NCBI GenBank assembly: GCA_044344255.1
Contig: JBIJDH010000008.1
Location: 1 to 64,000 of the forward strand
DNA length: 64,000 bases
From: Myxococcota bacterium
GTDB taxonomy: Bacteria > Myxococcota_A > UBA796 > UBA2385
Direction: 5' to 3'
Both the position numbers and the translations under genes were made by a program. Below are positions 37,969-47,550 of this stretch, one piece after another; positions within the stretch are counted from its first letter, which is position 1, and every line of letters begins with the position of its first letter. Below the pieces are notes generated by a model. It did no database searches. It had not been told where the DNA came from and saw only the letters and a list, made by a program, of their open reading frames with translations.

Positions 37969-39078
37969 ATGCTCTACGCCCTCCTGCTCCCGCTCGCCGC
38001 TGAACACAGCGGCTTCAACCTGTTCCGATACATCAGCTTTCGGGCAGCCTGGGGAATGGTGACCGCGCTGGCCATCTGCTACGCGCTCTACCCCACCTTC
38101 ATCAATTGGATGCGGAACAAGCGGATGGAGCAGATCATCCGCAGCGACGGTCCACAGTCTCATGTGGAGCAGAAGGTCGGCACGCCCACCATGGGCGGCG
38201 TGCCGATGATCGTGAGCATCACGGTGAGCACGCTGCTCTGGGCCCGCCTAGACCAGCCCGTGGTCTGGATGGCCCTCACCATCTTCCTCGGCTACGGCCT
38301 CATCGGCTTCATCGATGACTGGAAGAAGGTGATGCAGCGCTCGAGCGACGGGCTCGCCGGGCGTTGGAAGATCTTCGGCCACGTCACCATCTCTGGCGTG
38401 GTGCTGGGGGGTGGCTATGCCACCGGTCACATCGATCCCTCGCTCGCGCTGCCCTTCTTCAAGCACGCCACCATCCACTTCGATCAGCTCGTGGACGGTC
38501 TCCCCTGGCTCGGCTGGCTCTACGTGGCGATCGGGATGTTCATCCTGACCGGCGCATCCAACGCGGTGAACCTCACGGACGGCCTCGACGGCCTCGCGAT
38601 CGGGCCCGTGATGACCTCCGCCATGACCTTCGCGGTCCTCGCCTACCTCGCCGGCAACCTGGGCTTCGCCGAGTATCTGTCCATCCCCTATATCGAGGGC
38701 TCGGGCGAGCTCAGCATCTTCGCCGTCACCATCGTGGGCGCTGGGCTCGGCTTCCTCTGGTACAACACCTTCCCTGCACAGATCTTCATGGGCGATGTGG
38801 GCAGCCTCTCGCTCGGCGGCGCCCTTGGGGCCCTCGCCATCCTCTCCAAACACGAGCTCCTGCTCGCGCTCGTGGGCGGCGTGTTCGTCCTCGAGGCCCT
38901 CTCGGTCATCATCCAGGTCGCGAGCTTCAAGTTGACCGGGAAGCGGGTCTTCGCGATGGCGCCGATCCACCATCATTACGAGAAGAAGGGCTGGAGTGAG
39001 CCGAAGATCATCGTCCGCTTCTGGATCATCAGCATCCTGCTCGCCCTCGTCGCCCTCTCGACGCTGAAGGTGCGCTGA
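37969..39078 (+). CDS. mraY: Phospho-N-acetylmuramoyl-pentapeptide transferase
   Basis: GTPTMGG, GFIDD, SNAVNLTDGLDGLA, FMGDVGSL, MAPIHHHYE. Confidence 0.98.
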   Translation: MLYALLLPLAAEHSGFNLFRYISFRAAWGMVTALAICYALYPTFINWMRNKRMEQIIRSDGPQSHVEQKVGTPTMGGVPMIVSITVSTLLWARLDQPVVWMALTIFLGYGLIGFIDDWKKVMQRSSDGLAGRWKIFGHVTISGVVLGGGYATGHIDPSLALPFFKHATIHFDQLVDGLPWLGWLYVAIGMFILTGASNAVNLTDGLDGLAIGPVMTSAMTFAVLAYLAGNLGFAEYLSIPYIEGSGELSIFAVTIVGAGLGFLWYNTFPAQIFMGDVGSLSLGGALGALAILSKHELLLALVGGVFVLEALSVIIQVASFKLTGKRVFAMAPIHHHYEKKGWSEPKIIVRFWIISILLALVALSTLKVR

Positions 39079-40484
39079 TGACACCGAAGCCCGCCACGCT
39101 CCCCTCCCCCGCCGCCGCCATCCTCGGCGGACGGGTGCTGATCGTGGGCATGGGCCGGAGCGGGGTCGCCGCGGCGGAGCTCTGCCTCGCGCTCGAGGCC
39201 GCAGACGTGCTCTGCACCGATCTCCGCGCCGACGCGGAGCGCGTCCCTGGCACCCGCGCCCGCTATGGCGGCCACGATCGGGCCGACTTCCTCTCCGCTG
39301 ACCTCATCGTCGTCTCACCGGGCGTCCCCGCGAGCAGCCCCGACCTCGTGGCCGCCCTCGAGGCGGGCGTGCCGGTCTGGGGAGAGCTCAGCCTCGCCGC
39401 CTCGGTCCTCGCCGAGCGCGAGATCCCGATCCTCGCCATCACCGGCACCAACGGGAAGTCGAGCACGACCTGGTTCACCGGCCAGCTCCTCGAGGCTGCC
39501 GGGCGCCTCCCCTTCGTGGGCGGCAACCTCGGCAAGCCCCTCTCCCTCTTCGCGACGGCGCTGGTCCGCCACCGCGCCGTGGAGGACATCGCCGTGGTCG
39601 AGGTGAGCTCCTACCAGCTCGAGCTCGCGCAGGGCCTCCACCCCCTCGCCGGGGTCATCCTCAACCTCACGCCCGACCACCTCGCCCGCCACAAGACGAT
39701 GCAGGGATATGCTTCCGCGAAGCTGAACCTCTTCGCCGCGATGACCGCGAGTGACTGCGCGATCGTCCCGGCGAAGGACCCGCTCATCGGCCCTGACGCC
39801 GCGCGGCGCCCATCCGGCCCCCGCGTGCTCCTCCTCGGCGGCAAGCCGGGCTCCAGGGAGGACGAGGACACGCTGCACCTGCAAGGCACCCGAGACGACG
39901 GTCCCGTGCCCCTCGACCGCTTCCCGCTGCCGGGGCCGCACAACCGCACCAACATCGCCGCCGCCGTGCTCCTCGTCGTAGCGGCGGGCGTTCGGCGCGA
40001 CCAGCTCGACCTCGCCGCCATCCGGCCCCTGCCCCACCGCCTCGAGCAGGTGCACGAGGCCGCTGGCGTGCGCTGGGTGAACGACTCGAAGGCCACCAAC
40101 GTGGACGCCGCGCTGGTCGGCGTCCGCGGCATCGGCGCCGGCCAGATCACCCTCCTCGGCGGGCAGGGCAAGGAGGGGGCGGACTACAGCCAGCTCCGTC
40201 CCTTGCTCGAGAAGTACGCCCGGCACATCCTGTGCTTCGGCGCGAGCGGCTCCGAGATCGCTCGGGCGCTCGAGGGCCTCCCCGTCGAGCTGCTGCCGAC
40301 GATGCGCGCCGCCGTCGCTCGCGCACACGCCCTCGCGGTCGCGGGAGACACGGTCCTGCTCTCTCCGGCCACCGCCAGCTTCGACGAATTCCGGGACTTC
40401 GAGCATCGTGGAGCCGTCTTCGCCGAGCTCGCCCACACTCCTCCTGACCCCACCCGCTCGCCGCTCCCTGGAGGTCCGGCATGA
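39078..40484 (+). CDS. murD: UDP-MurNAc-L-Ala--D-Glu ligase
   Basis: VVSPGVP, ITGTNGKSST, GGNLG, EVSSYQLE, NLTPDHL.RH, NDSKATN, LLSPA.ASFD.F..FE.RG. Confidence 0.96.
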   Translation: MTPKPATLPSPAAAILGGRVLIVGMGRSGVAAAELCLALEAADVLCTDLRADAERVPGTRARYGGHDRADFLSADLIVVSPGVPASSPDLVAALEAGVPVWGELSLAASVLAEREIPILAITGTNGKSSTTWFTGQLLEAAGRLPFVGGNLGKPLSLFATALVRHRAVEDIAVVEVSSYQLELAQGLHPLAGVILNLTPDHLARHKTMQGYASAKLNLFAAMTASDCAIVPAKDPLIGPDAARRPSGPRVLLLGGKPGSREDEDTLHLQGTRDDGPVPLDRFPLPGPHNRTNIAAAVLLVVAAGVRRDQLDLAAIRPLPHRLEQVHEAAGVRWVNDSKATNVDAALVGVRGIGAGQITLLGGQGKEGADYSQLRPLLEKYARHILCFGASGSEIARALEGLPVELLPTMRAAVARAHALAVAGDTVLLSPATASFDEFRDFEHRGAVFAELAHTPPDPTRSPLPGGPA

Positions 40485-41644
40485 ACCGCCGCACCGACCC
40501 CTGGCTCATCTCCATCGTCGCCATCCTGATCGCGCTCGGGCTCGTGATGGTCTACTCGGCCTCCGCCTTCGTCGCCGGGGAAGAGAACGGGAATGAGCTC
40601 CACTTCTTCACTCGCCAGTCGGTTGCGATCGCGCTTGGGATTGGCCTCTGCACCGCGACCGCGGTCACCCCGACGCGCGTGATGCGAAAATACCGATGGG
40701 CGCTGTATGTCGCGTGCCTGCTGGGGCTCGTGCTCACCTTCGTCCCGGGCATCCAGCACCGGGCGAACGGCGCCGCGCGCTGGATCGGCTTCGGCGGAGC
40801 GAACCTGCAGCCCTCTGAGTTCGCCAAGATCGCCGTGATCATCGCCCTCGGGCACTACCTCGACCGCTGGCGGGGCCGCATCGGCGACTGGCGGGTGCTC
40901 CTCCAAGGGCTGCTCATCCCCGTGCCGGTCCTCTGCCTCATCATCTTTCAGCCCGACTTTGGCACCACAGCCATCATCGCCGGCTCCTGCGCGCTGATGC
41001 TGTTCATCGCCGGGATGCGGCCGGCTCACATCGGCGTCGTCTCGGTGGCGGGCCTGATCGTCGGCGTCCCTGTGATGATCGCCGAGTCCTACCGCGTCGC
41101 CCGCCTCACGAGCTTCCTCGATCCCTGGGCCTCTGCCGACGCGGAGGGCTACCACGTCATCCAGAGCTGGGTCGCCATCCACTCGGGCGGCGTCTGGGGT
41201 CAAGGCCTGGGGAACTCCATGGCCAAGCTCCACTTCCTGCCTGAACCCTGGACCGACTTCATCGGCGCCGTCATCGCCGAGGAGCTCGGCCTGATCCGGC
41301 TCGTCGGCGTCATCGGGCTCTATGCCATGCTCGTCTGGCGGGGCCTGCACATCGCCCGCCGGGCCCGCGACGCCTTCGGCATGTACGTGGCCGGCACCAT
41401 CACCGCCGTGCTCGGCATCGAGGCCTTCTTCAACTTCGGCGTGGCGATGGGCATCGTGCCGCCGAAGGGCCTCGTGCTCCCCTTCATCTCCTACGGCGCC
41501 TCGGCGATGGAGTCGAACCTGTGGGCGGTGGGCGTGCTGCTCAGCATCGCCGCCGAGTCCGATGGCTCGCCGGTGACGAGCGGCTGGCCCAACCGCAGGC
41601 TGGCCGCGGCCAACCCTCCCGCCACCGTCGTGGGGGCTGGATGA
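40481..41644 (+). CDS. ftsW: SEDS family protein FtsW
   Basis: GLVMVYSAS, NGAARWI, QPSEFAK, QPDFGT, G.G.G.S..K..FLPE..TDFI, KGL.LPFISYG. Confidence 0.96.
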   Translation: MNRRTDPWLISIVAILIALGLVMVYSASAFVAGEENGNELHFFTRQSVAIALGIGLCTATAVTPTRVMRKYRWALYVACLLGLVLTFVPGIQHRANGAARWIGFGGANLQPSEFAKIAVIIALGHYLDRWRGRIGDWRVLLQGLLIPVPVLCLIIFQPDFGTTAIIAGSCALMLFIAGMRPAHIGVVSVAGLIVGVPVMIAESYRVARLTSFLDPWASADAEGYHVIQSWVAIHSGGVWGQGLGNSMAKLHFLPEPWTDFIGAVIAEELGLIRLVGVIGLYAMLVWRGLHIARRARDAFGMYVAGTITAVLGIEAFFNFGVAMGIVPPKGLVLPFISYGASAMESNLWAVGVLLSIAAESDGSPVTSGWPNRRLAAANPPATVVGAG

Positions 41645-41676
41645 TCCCCCCCCTCAAGCCCTCCCCGGGAGAGGCC

Positions 41677-43095
41677 ATGTTCCGCGGGAAGGTGCGCCGT
41701 ATCCACTTTGTCGGCATCGGCGGCTCCGGCATGTCGGGCATCGCCGAGGTGCTGCTCACGATGGGCTACGCCGTCTCGGGCTCCGACACGAAGGAGAGCG
41801 CGACCGTGCGGGCCCTGCGAAAGCTTGGCGGCACCATCCTGATCGGCCACGACGAGGCCAACGTCGCCGGCGCCGACGTCGTCGTCCGCTCCACCGCCAT
41901 CTCGAACGAAAATGTGGAGATCAAGGCCGCTGAAGCCGCCAAGATCCCCGTCATCCCGCGCGCCGAGATGCTCGGTGAGCTGATGCGCATGAAGTACGGC
42001 CTCGCGGTGGCCGGCACCCACGGAAAGACCACCACCACGAGCATGTTGGCCCGCTGCCTCTTCGAGGCCGGCGCCGACCCCACCATCGTCATCGGCGGTC
42101 GGCTCGACGCCATCGGCAGCTCGGCCCGCCTCGGCGCCGGCGAGCACATGGTGGCCGAGGCCGACGAGTCGGACGGCAGCTTCATGCTGCTCGACCCCAC
42201 CGTGGTCATCATCACGAACATCGACCCCGAGCACCTCGACCACTGGGGCTCGATGGAGGCCCTGCTCAAGGGCTTCGTCGACTTCGCCAACAAGGTGCCC
42301 TTCTACGGCTTCGCCACCGTCTGCCTCGACCACCCCAACGTCCAGCGCATCCTGCCGCGCATCCGCCGGAAGGTGGTCACTTACGGCATGAACGAGCAGG
42401 CGGAGATGCGGGCCGATCATGTGCGCTACGAGGGCATGATCACCCGCTTCTCCCCCATCTGGCGGGGCCAGCGCCTGGGCGAGATCGCCCTCGGGATGCC
42501 CGGCCTGCACAACGTGAGCAACGCCCTCGCCGCCCTCGCCGTCGGCCTCGAGATCGGGATCCCCTTCGAGCGCCTCCAGGCCGGCCTCCTGCACTTCACG
42601 GGCGTGGATCGTCGCTTCAGCGTGCGAGCCGAGATCGTGCCCAACGATGCCCCCGAGGGCTCGCTGCCCGTCACGATCATCGACGACTACGGCCACCACC
42701 CGACGGAGATCGTGGCCACCCTCACCGCGGCGAGTCAGGTCTGGCCCGATCGGCGCCGCTTTGCCGTCTTCCAGCCTCACCGCTTCAGCCGCGTGCGCGA
42801 CCTGCTCGAGGACTTCGCCCGCAGCTTCAACTCGGCGACCCAGGTGGTGGTCTGCCCGGTGTACCGGGCCGGAGAGGCTCCCATCGAGGGGATCGATCAT
42901 CACCGCCTCGCCTCGCTCATCTCCGACTTCGGCCACCGCAGCGTCGTGCGGGTGGACAGCCTCGACGAGGCGACCGAACACCTCTCCCGGACCGTCGGCC
43001 CTGGTGACATCATCATCACCCTCGGCGCCGGAGACGTGAACCGGGTCTGCGGTGAGCTGACCGAGCGCCTCCGCGAGCGGGAGCCCTCTCCTTGA
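41677..43095 (+). CDS. murC: UDP-N-acetylmuramate--L-alanine ligase
   Basis: IHFVGIGGSGMSGIA, AGTHGKTTTT, EADESD, DDYGHHPTE, FQPHRFSR. Alternative in-frame ATG at 41641 overlaps the ftsW stop. Confidence 0.97.
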   Translation: MFRGKVRRIHFVGIGGSGMSGIAEVLLTMGYAVSGSDTKESATVRALRKLGGTILIGHDEANVAGADVVVRSTAISNENVEIKAAEAAKIPVIPRAEMLGELMRMKYGLAVAGTHGKTTTTSMLARCLFEAGADPTIVIGGRLDAIGSSARLGAGEHMVAEADESDGSFMLLDPTVVIITNIDPEHLDHWGSMEALLKGFVDFANKVPFYGFATVCLDHPNVQRILPRIRRKVVTYGMNEQAEMRADHVRYEGMITRFSPIWRGQRLGEIALGMPGLHNVSNALAALAVGLEIGIPFERLQAGLLHFTGVDRRFSVRAEIVPNDAPEGSLPVTIIDDYGHHPTEIVATLTAASQVWPDRRRFAVFQPHRFSRVRDLLEDFARSFNSATQVVVCPVYRAGEAPIEGIDHHRLASLISDFGHRSVVRVDSLDEATEHLSRTVGPGDIIITLGAGDVNRVCGELTERLREREPSP

Positions 43096-43970
43096 ACGTC
43101 TTCGAGCTGGCCGACGCCCTCCGGGAGCTCCCGGGGGCGACCGTGCGGGAGGAGGAGCCGCTCAGCCGGCACCTGCCCTACCGAATCGGCGGCCCGACCC
43201 ACCTCTGGGTGGAGGTGGTCGACGTCGCCACCCTGAAAGAGGCGCTCAAGCGCGCCCGCGCGCACAAGGTGCCGTGGCGGGTTCACTGGCCCTTCGAGGA
43301 GTGGCTCGTCCGCGACGGCGGCATCGCCGGGCTCGTCATCCGCCCCGGCCACGCCTTCGAGGACTGGCGGGTGGAGGACGGCGGCCTGGTCCTCGGCGGC
43401 GCCTGCCTCTTGGCCTCCGTCGCCTTGCGAGCGGACCTCTTCGATCGCAGCCTGCTCGGCCGCTGGCCCGGCACCCCCGGCGCGATCTTCGCCCGCAAAG
43501 AGCAGCGGCTGTTCACCGACCTCATCACCCGCGTGCGCTGGCTCCAGGGCCGCTCGATCGAGGAGGCCCGCCTCGCCCCCGGTGAAGACCCGCCCGAGCT
43601 CTCCGAGACGGCCGTGCTCCTCGACGTGGTGGTCCCGCTCGGGCCCCGGCCGCCGAGGCGGGTGCGCCACCCCTCGCCGCCGCCTCCCGGCACCCTCTTC
43701 GCCGATCCCCTCCAGGACGACAAGATCGTCCCCTCTCGCCGAGTGCTGGAGAGCGCGGGGGTCATCGGCGCGCGCCTCCGCGGCTGGCGACTCACCCCCG
43801 CCGAGCCCGGCACCCTCGTGCACATCGGCGGCTCCACCTGCTCCGACGCGCTGCTCTTCACCCAGGGCACGAAGGCGCGGGCCGAGAAGTCGCGCGGCGT
43901 CGAGCTCCACTCCCGCATCCCCCTCATCGGCCAGGATCCCCCCGCTCCCCGCCAGAAGGTGCGCCCATGA
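43092..43970 (+). CDS. MurB-like protein with degenerate FAD-binding and catalytic motifs
   Basis: murB position between murC and ddl; EPLSRH..YRIGGP and LVRDGGI retained; GxGSN, GG..MNAG, YRxS, GSxFKNP and LExE are replaced or missing. Confidence 0.8.
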   Translation: MNVFELADALRELPGATVREEEPLSRHLPYRIGGPTHLWVEVVDVATLKEALKRARAHKVPWRVHWPFEEWLVRDGGIAGLVIRPGHAFEDWRVEDGGLVLGGACLLASVALRADLFDRSLLGRWPGTPGAIFARKEQRLFTDLITRVRWLQGRSIEEARLAPGEDPPELSETAVLLDVVVPLGPRPPRRVRHPSPPPPGTLFADPLQDDKIVPSRRVLESAGVIGARLRGWRLTPAEPGTLVHIGGSTCSDALLFTQGTKARAEKSRGVELHSRIPLIGQDPPAPRQKVRP

Positions 43971-44992
43971 CCACCCCCGCCGCAGCCGCCGCGTCCAGCC
44001 TCGACTTCAACCGCGACGAGCTCGTCCGTCAGCTCCAGAACCGGCAGCTCCGCGTGGGCGTGCTCAAGGGGGGGATGTCCACCGAGCGAAACGTCTCGCT
44101 GAAGAGCGGGGCCGCGGTCGCCGGGGCGCTCCGGGCCCGTGGCTACGACGTGGTCGAGATCGACGTCGGCCCCGACACCCCCGAGGAGCTGCGCCTGCAC
44201 GGGGTCGAGGTCGCCTGGATCGCGCTGCACGGCGCCTTCGGCGAGGACGGCGCCATCCAGGGCCTGCTCGAGATCATGCGCATCCCCTACACCGGGAGCG
44301 ACGTCCGCGGCTCCGCGGTCGCGATGGACAAGATCGCCACCAAGCGCATGCTGCGGGGCAGCGGCGTCCGGATGGCCGACGACCACGTCTGGAGCGTCGG
44401 TGACCCCATCCCCGAGGGGCTCACCTTCCCTGTCTTCGCCAAGAACCCCACCGGCGGCTCCACCATCGGCGTCTTCCGCTGCACAGACGCCGCCTCGCTG
44501 GAGGGCGCGCTCGTACAATGTGTACAGTTCGGCGCCGAGGTCCTCATCGAGCAGGAGATCAAGGGTGAGGAGATCACGGTCGCCGTGCTCGAAGGCCGGG
44601 CGCTCCCTGTCGTCGCCATCCGCCCCACCATCGGCACCTTCGACTTCGAGGCCAAGTACACGGCCGGGAAGACCGAGTACATCGTGCCCGCCCCCATCGC
44701 CGAGGCCACCGCGAAGGCCGCGCAGGAGCGCGCGGTGCTCGCGTACAAGACCCTCGACCTCCACGGCGTGGCCCGCGCCGACTTCATCGTCGACGCCGAC
44801 GGCGAGCCCTGGTTCCTCGAGATCAACACCATCCCCGGCATGACGGCCACGAGCCTCTCGCCGATGGCGGCCGGCGCCATCGGGATGTCCTTCGAGGACC
44901 TCGTCGAGACCCTGCTCCTCGGCGCGCGGCTCTACCTGCAGCGGGCCCCCCAGGCGCAGCAGGCGAAGCCGGGCGCGAAGGGCCACGCCTGA
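43967..44992 (+). CDS. ddl: D-alanine--D-alanine ligase
   Basis: GG.S.ER.VSL.SG, LHG..GEDG.IQG, PYTGS, MDK, GGSTIG, DFEAKY, EINTIPGMT..SL.P. Confidence 0.96.
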   Translation: MTTPAAAAASSLDFNRDELVRQLQNRQLRVGVLKGGMSTERNVSLKSGAAVAGALRARGYDVVEIDVGPDTPEELRLHGVEVAWIALHGAFGEDGAIQGLLEIMRIPYTGSDVRGSAVAMDKIATKRMLRGSGVRMADDHVWSVGDPIPEGLTFPVFAKNPTGGSTIGVFRCTDAASLEGALVQCVQFGAEVLIEQEIKGEEITVAVLEGRALPVVAIRPTIGTFDFEAKYTAGKTEYIVPAPIAEATAKAAQERAVLAYKTLDLHGVARADFIVDADGEPWFLEINTIPGMTATSLSPMAAGAIGMSFEDLVETLLLGARLYLQRAPQAQQAKPGAKGHA

Positions 44993-45088
44993 GCCGCCGC
45001 ACGGTCGCCGCGCCCTCGGGTTCGGGGGCCGCCGCGGTGGGATAGGGCGGGGCTCCGACACCCGCTCGCTCGATCCCGCAGGAACCCC

Positions 45089-46552
45089 ATGGCCGTCGCC
45101 GACTCCCTCCTCATCCCCACCGCGACCGGCGCCCCGCGCGCCATCCTCGTGGGGGTCCTCGTCCCCGGGCGGCCGCCCGAGCAGCTCCAGAGCTCCCTCG
45201 ATGAGCTCGGCCGCCTCTGCGACACGCTCGGCTTCGAGGTCGTCGGGCGGATGACCCAGCGCCGCGGCAGCACCCGCGCCATCGTGCTGCTCGGGGAGGG
45301 GCGCCTGCGGGCCCTCGCCGAGTGGACGGGCGGCAGCGGCGCCGTGCACCGCGGCCCCCAGAAGACGAAGCGCGATGAGGCCCGGGAGGCCGGCGCCGAG
45401 GCCGAGGAGGAAGACGAACAGACCTTCGAGGATACCTCTGAAGATGAGCAAACAGAGGGGCCCGGCTACGAGGCCCACGAGGCGGTGACCGCCGAGGGCG
45501 CTCCCGTGCACCTCCGCGAAGGGCGGCGCGCCGACGTCGTCGTCGTCGATCACGAGCTGTCCCCCTCGCAGCTCCGCAACCTCAAGAGCGCGACTGGCGT
45601 CGAGGTGCTCGACCGCACCGGCGTCATCATCGAGATCTTCCACAAGCGGGCGAAGAGCCGCGAGGCCCGCCTCCAGGTGGAGCTCGCCCGCCTCGCTTAC
45701 CTCGCCCCGCGGCTCCGCGAGCTCGGCGGCCCGTCGGAGCGCCAGCGCGGCGGCATCGGCGGCAAGGGCGCGGGCGAGACCGACATTGAGATGGACCGCC
45801 GCAAGGTCCGTGATCGGATGTCTGAGCTCCGCCACGAGCTCGCCGCCCTCGACACCGAGCGCAGCGTGCGAAGGAGCCGTCGAAAGGACGCCCGCCAGGT
45901 GGCCCTCGTCGGCTACACGAACGCTGGCAAGTCAAGCCTCATGCGCGCGCTGACCGGGGCGCAGATCTACGTGGCCGATCAGCTCTTCGCCACCCTCGAC
46001 ACCACCGTGCGGCGGCTCGTCCCCGAGCTGATGCCGCCCGTGCTCGTCACCGACACCGTCGGCTTCATCCAAGACCTCCCCCACAGCCTCGTCGCCAGCT
46101 TCCGCTCCACCCTCGAGGCGGCGATCGACGCCGGGCTCCTCCTCCAGGTGGTCGACGTGGCCGACCCCTCCTGGCGGGTCCAGGAGGCCGTGACCCGCGA
46201 GGTGCTCGAGCAGATCGACGCCGGCGACCTCCCCCGCCGCCTCGTCTTCAACAAGTGCGACAAGCTCGACCCCGCCGTCGAGGAGGCCCTCCGGATCGAG
46301 CGCCCCGACGCCTGGTTCACCGCCGCCCACAGCCCGAGCCGCGTCGCCGACCTCCACCACCGCATCGCCGAGCACTTCGGCGTCGCCACCGTCGAGGTCG
46401 AGCTCTTGGTGCCCTGGGCCAAGGGCGCCCTCACGGGGCGGGTGCACGCCGAGGTGGAGGTGCTCTCCACCGCCTACATCGACGAGGGCACCGTGTTCCG
46501 GGTGCGGGGGCCGGAGACGACGGTGGAGCGCCTGCAGCAGGCCCTCCGCTGA
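45089..46552 (+). CDS. hflX: GTPase HflX (with acidic insertion in the N-terminal domain)
   Basis: ELSPSQLRNL, DRT.VI..IF..RA.SREA.LQVELA, VGYTNAGKSS, LFATLDTT, DTVGFI, NKCD. Confidence 0.95.
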   Translation: MAVADSLLIPTATGAPRAILVGVLVPGRPPEQLQSSLDELGRLCDTLGFEVVGRMTQRRGSTRAIVLLGEGRLRALAEWTGGSGAVHRGPQKTKRDEAREAGAEAEEEDEQTFEDTSEDEQTEGPGYEAHEAVTAEGAPVHLREGRRADVVVVDHELSPSQLRNLKSATGVEVLDRTGVIIEIFHKRAKSREARLQVELARLAYLAPRLRELGGPSERQRGGIGGKGAGETDIEMDRRKVRDRMSELRHELAALDTERSVRRSRRKDARQVALVGYTNAGKSSLMRALTGAQIYVADQLFATLDTTVRRLVPELMPPVLVTDTVGFIQDLPHSLVASFRSTLEAAIDAGLLLQVVDVADPSWRVQEAVTREVLEQIDAGDLPRRLVFNKCDKLDPAVEEALRIERPDAWFTAAHSPSRVADLHHRIAEHFGVATVEVELLVPWAKGALTGRVHAEVEVLSTAYIDEGTVFRVRGPETTVERLQQALR

Positions 46553-46567
46553 GCCGCGGCGAGGCCG

Positions 46568-47251
46568 TCAGGCCCGCTCTCCGAGATAGAGCAGGTGCCG
46601 CGAGCCCTTCTTGACGGCACCTCGCGCCCGCACCGGCTCGACGGAGGCCCGAAAGCCCGCCCGCGTCAGCGCGTCCAGGAAGCGCGGCGCTGGGAAGGCC
46701 GACCAGACCACGAGCAGGCCCCCCGGTCGCAGCGCGGCGTAGGTGGTCCGCAGCCCCTCCGCACCGTAGAGCCAAGCGTTGCTGTCTGCGGTGAAGGCCT
46801 GGGGCCCATTGTCCACGTCGAGCAACACACGATCGTATCGAGCGGAATCGGGGCCCCGAGCCGCCGCGCGGAGGCAGCCGACCACGTCGCCTTCGTGGAG
46901 GGCTACGCGGGGGTCGTCGAGGGGGTGACCGGCGAGGGGCCCGAGCAGGCCGCGGTTCCAGCCGACGAGGGCCGGCAGCAGCTCGGCCACCACCACCCGG
47001 GCCTCGGGGCCGAGGTGATCGAGGGCCGCCCGCAGCGTGAAGCCCATCCCGAGCCCCCCCACGAGCACCACCGCCCGCGGCCCCGCTCTTAAGCAGCCCC
47101 GCTCGGCCAGGAGCGCCTCGGAGCCCGACACCCGGCTCGACATCAAGGAGAGGTTGCCGAGCCGAATGACGAGGTGCGCGCCCTCCTGGCGGAGGCTGAG
47201 GCGGGCGCCCTCGGGGGTGAGGGTCTCATCGAGCAGCTGGTCGGGTCGCAA
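46568..47251 (-). CDS. Spermidine synthase-like SAM-dependent methyltransferase
   Basis: LMSSR...SE, VLVGGLGMGFTLRAAL, VAEL, LLDVDNGP, LRPGG.L.VWSA. Confidence 0.85.
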   Translation of the reverse strand: MRPDQLLDETLTPEGARLSLRQEGAHLVIRLGNLSLMSSRVSGSEALLAERGCLRAGPRAVVLVGGLGMGFTLRAALDHLGPEARVVVAELLPALVGWNRGLLGPLAGHPLDDPRVALHEGDVVGCLRAAARGPDSARYDRVLLDVDNGPQAFTADSNAWLYGAEGLRTTYAALRPGGLLVVWSAFPAPRFLDALTRAGFRASVEPVRARGAVKKGSRHLLYLGERA

Positions 47252-47286
47252 GCGGGCCCGTAGCGCGCGACGTCGGGGGTGTCGAA

Positions 47287-47445
47287 GATCCGTCGACCTT
47301 CGTCAGACCTTCGTCAGACCTTCGTCACCCCCGACGGATCCGTCCCCAGCGGCGTCATCGCCGATCTTGCTCGATGCCAGGGGTGACGACTGTCGTCAGG
47401 CAGTCCACCGTAAGTACCTGATATTTCAATGGCATGAGGCGTGCA
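47287..47445 (+). promoter_or_regulatory. Sigma54 promoter with IHF-like site and repeated upstream activator sites
   Basis: TGGCATGAGGCGTGCA (GG 47431-32, N10, GC 47443-44); TAAGTACCTGATA (47411-23) close to the reverse IHF consensus; gaccttcgtca x3 (47295-47327); tgacgac-t-gtcgtca (47384-98). Confidence 0.65.
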
Positions 47446-47550
47446 TGGCTCCTCGCGTCCTCACGGACTGCCCACCACACGGTGGAAGTCGCCGCCCCCG
47501 CTTGTCATCCTCACCTGCCGCTGACATACTCAACACACTCAGGAGCCTCC

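Noticed and set aside
45350..45530. Acidic insertion in HflX as an intein or mobile insert
   Set aside because: Low-complexity Glu-rich loop with no intein splice motifs; the frame is intact.
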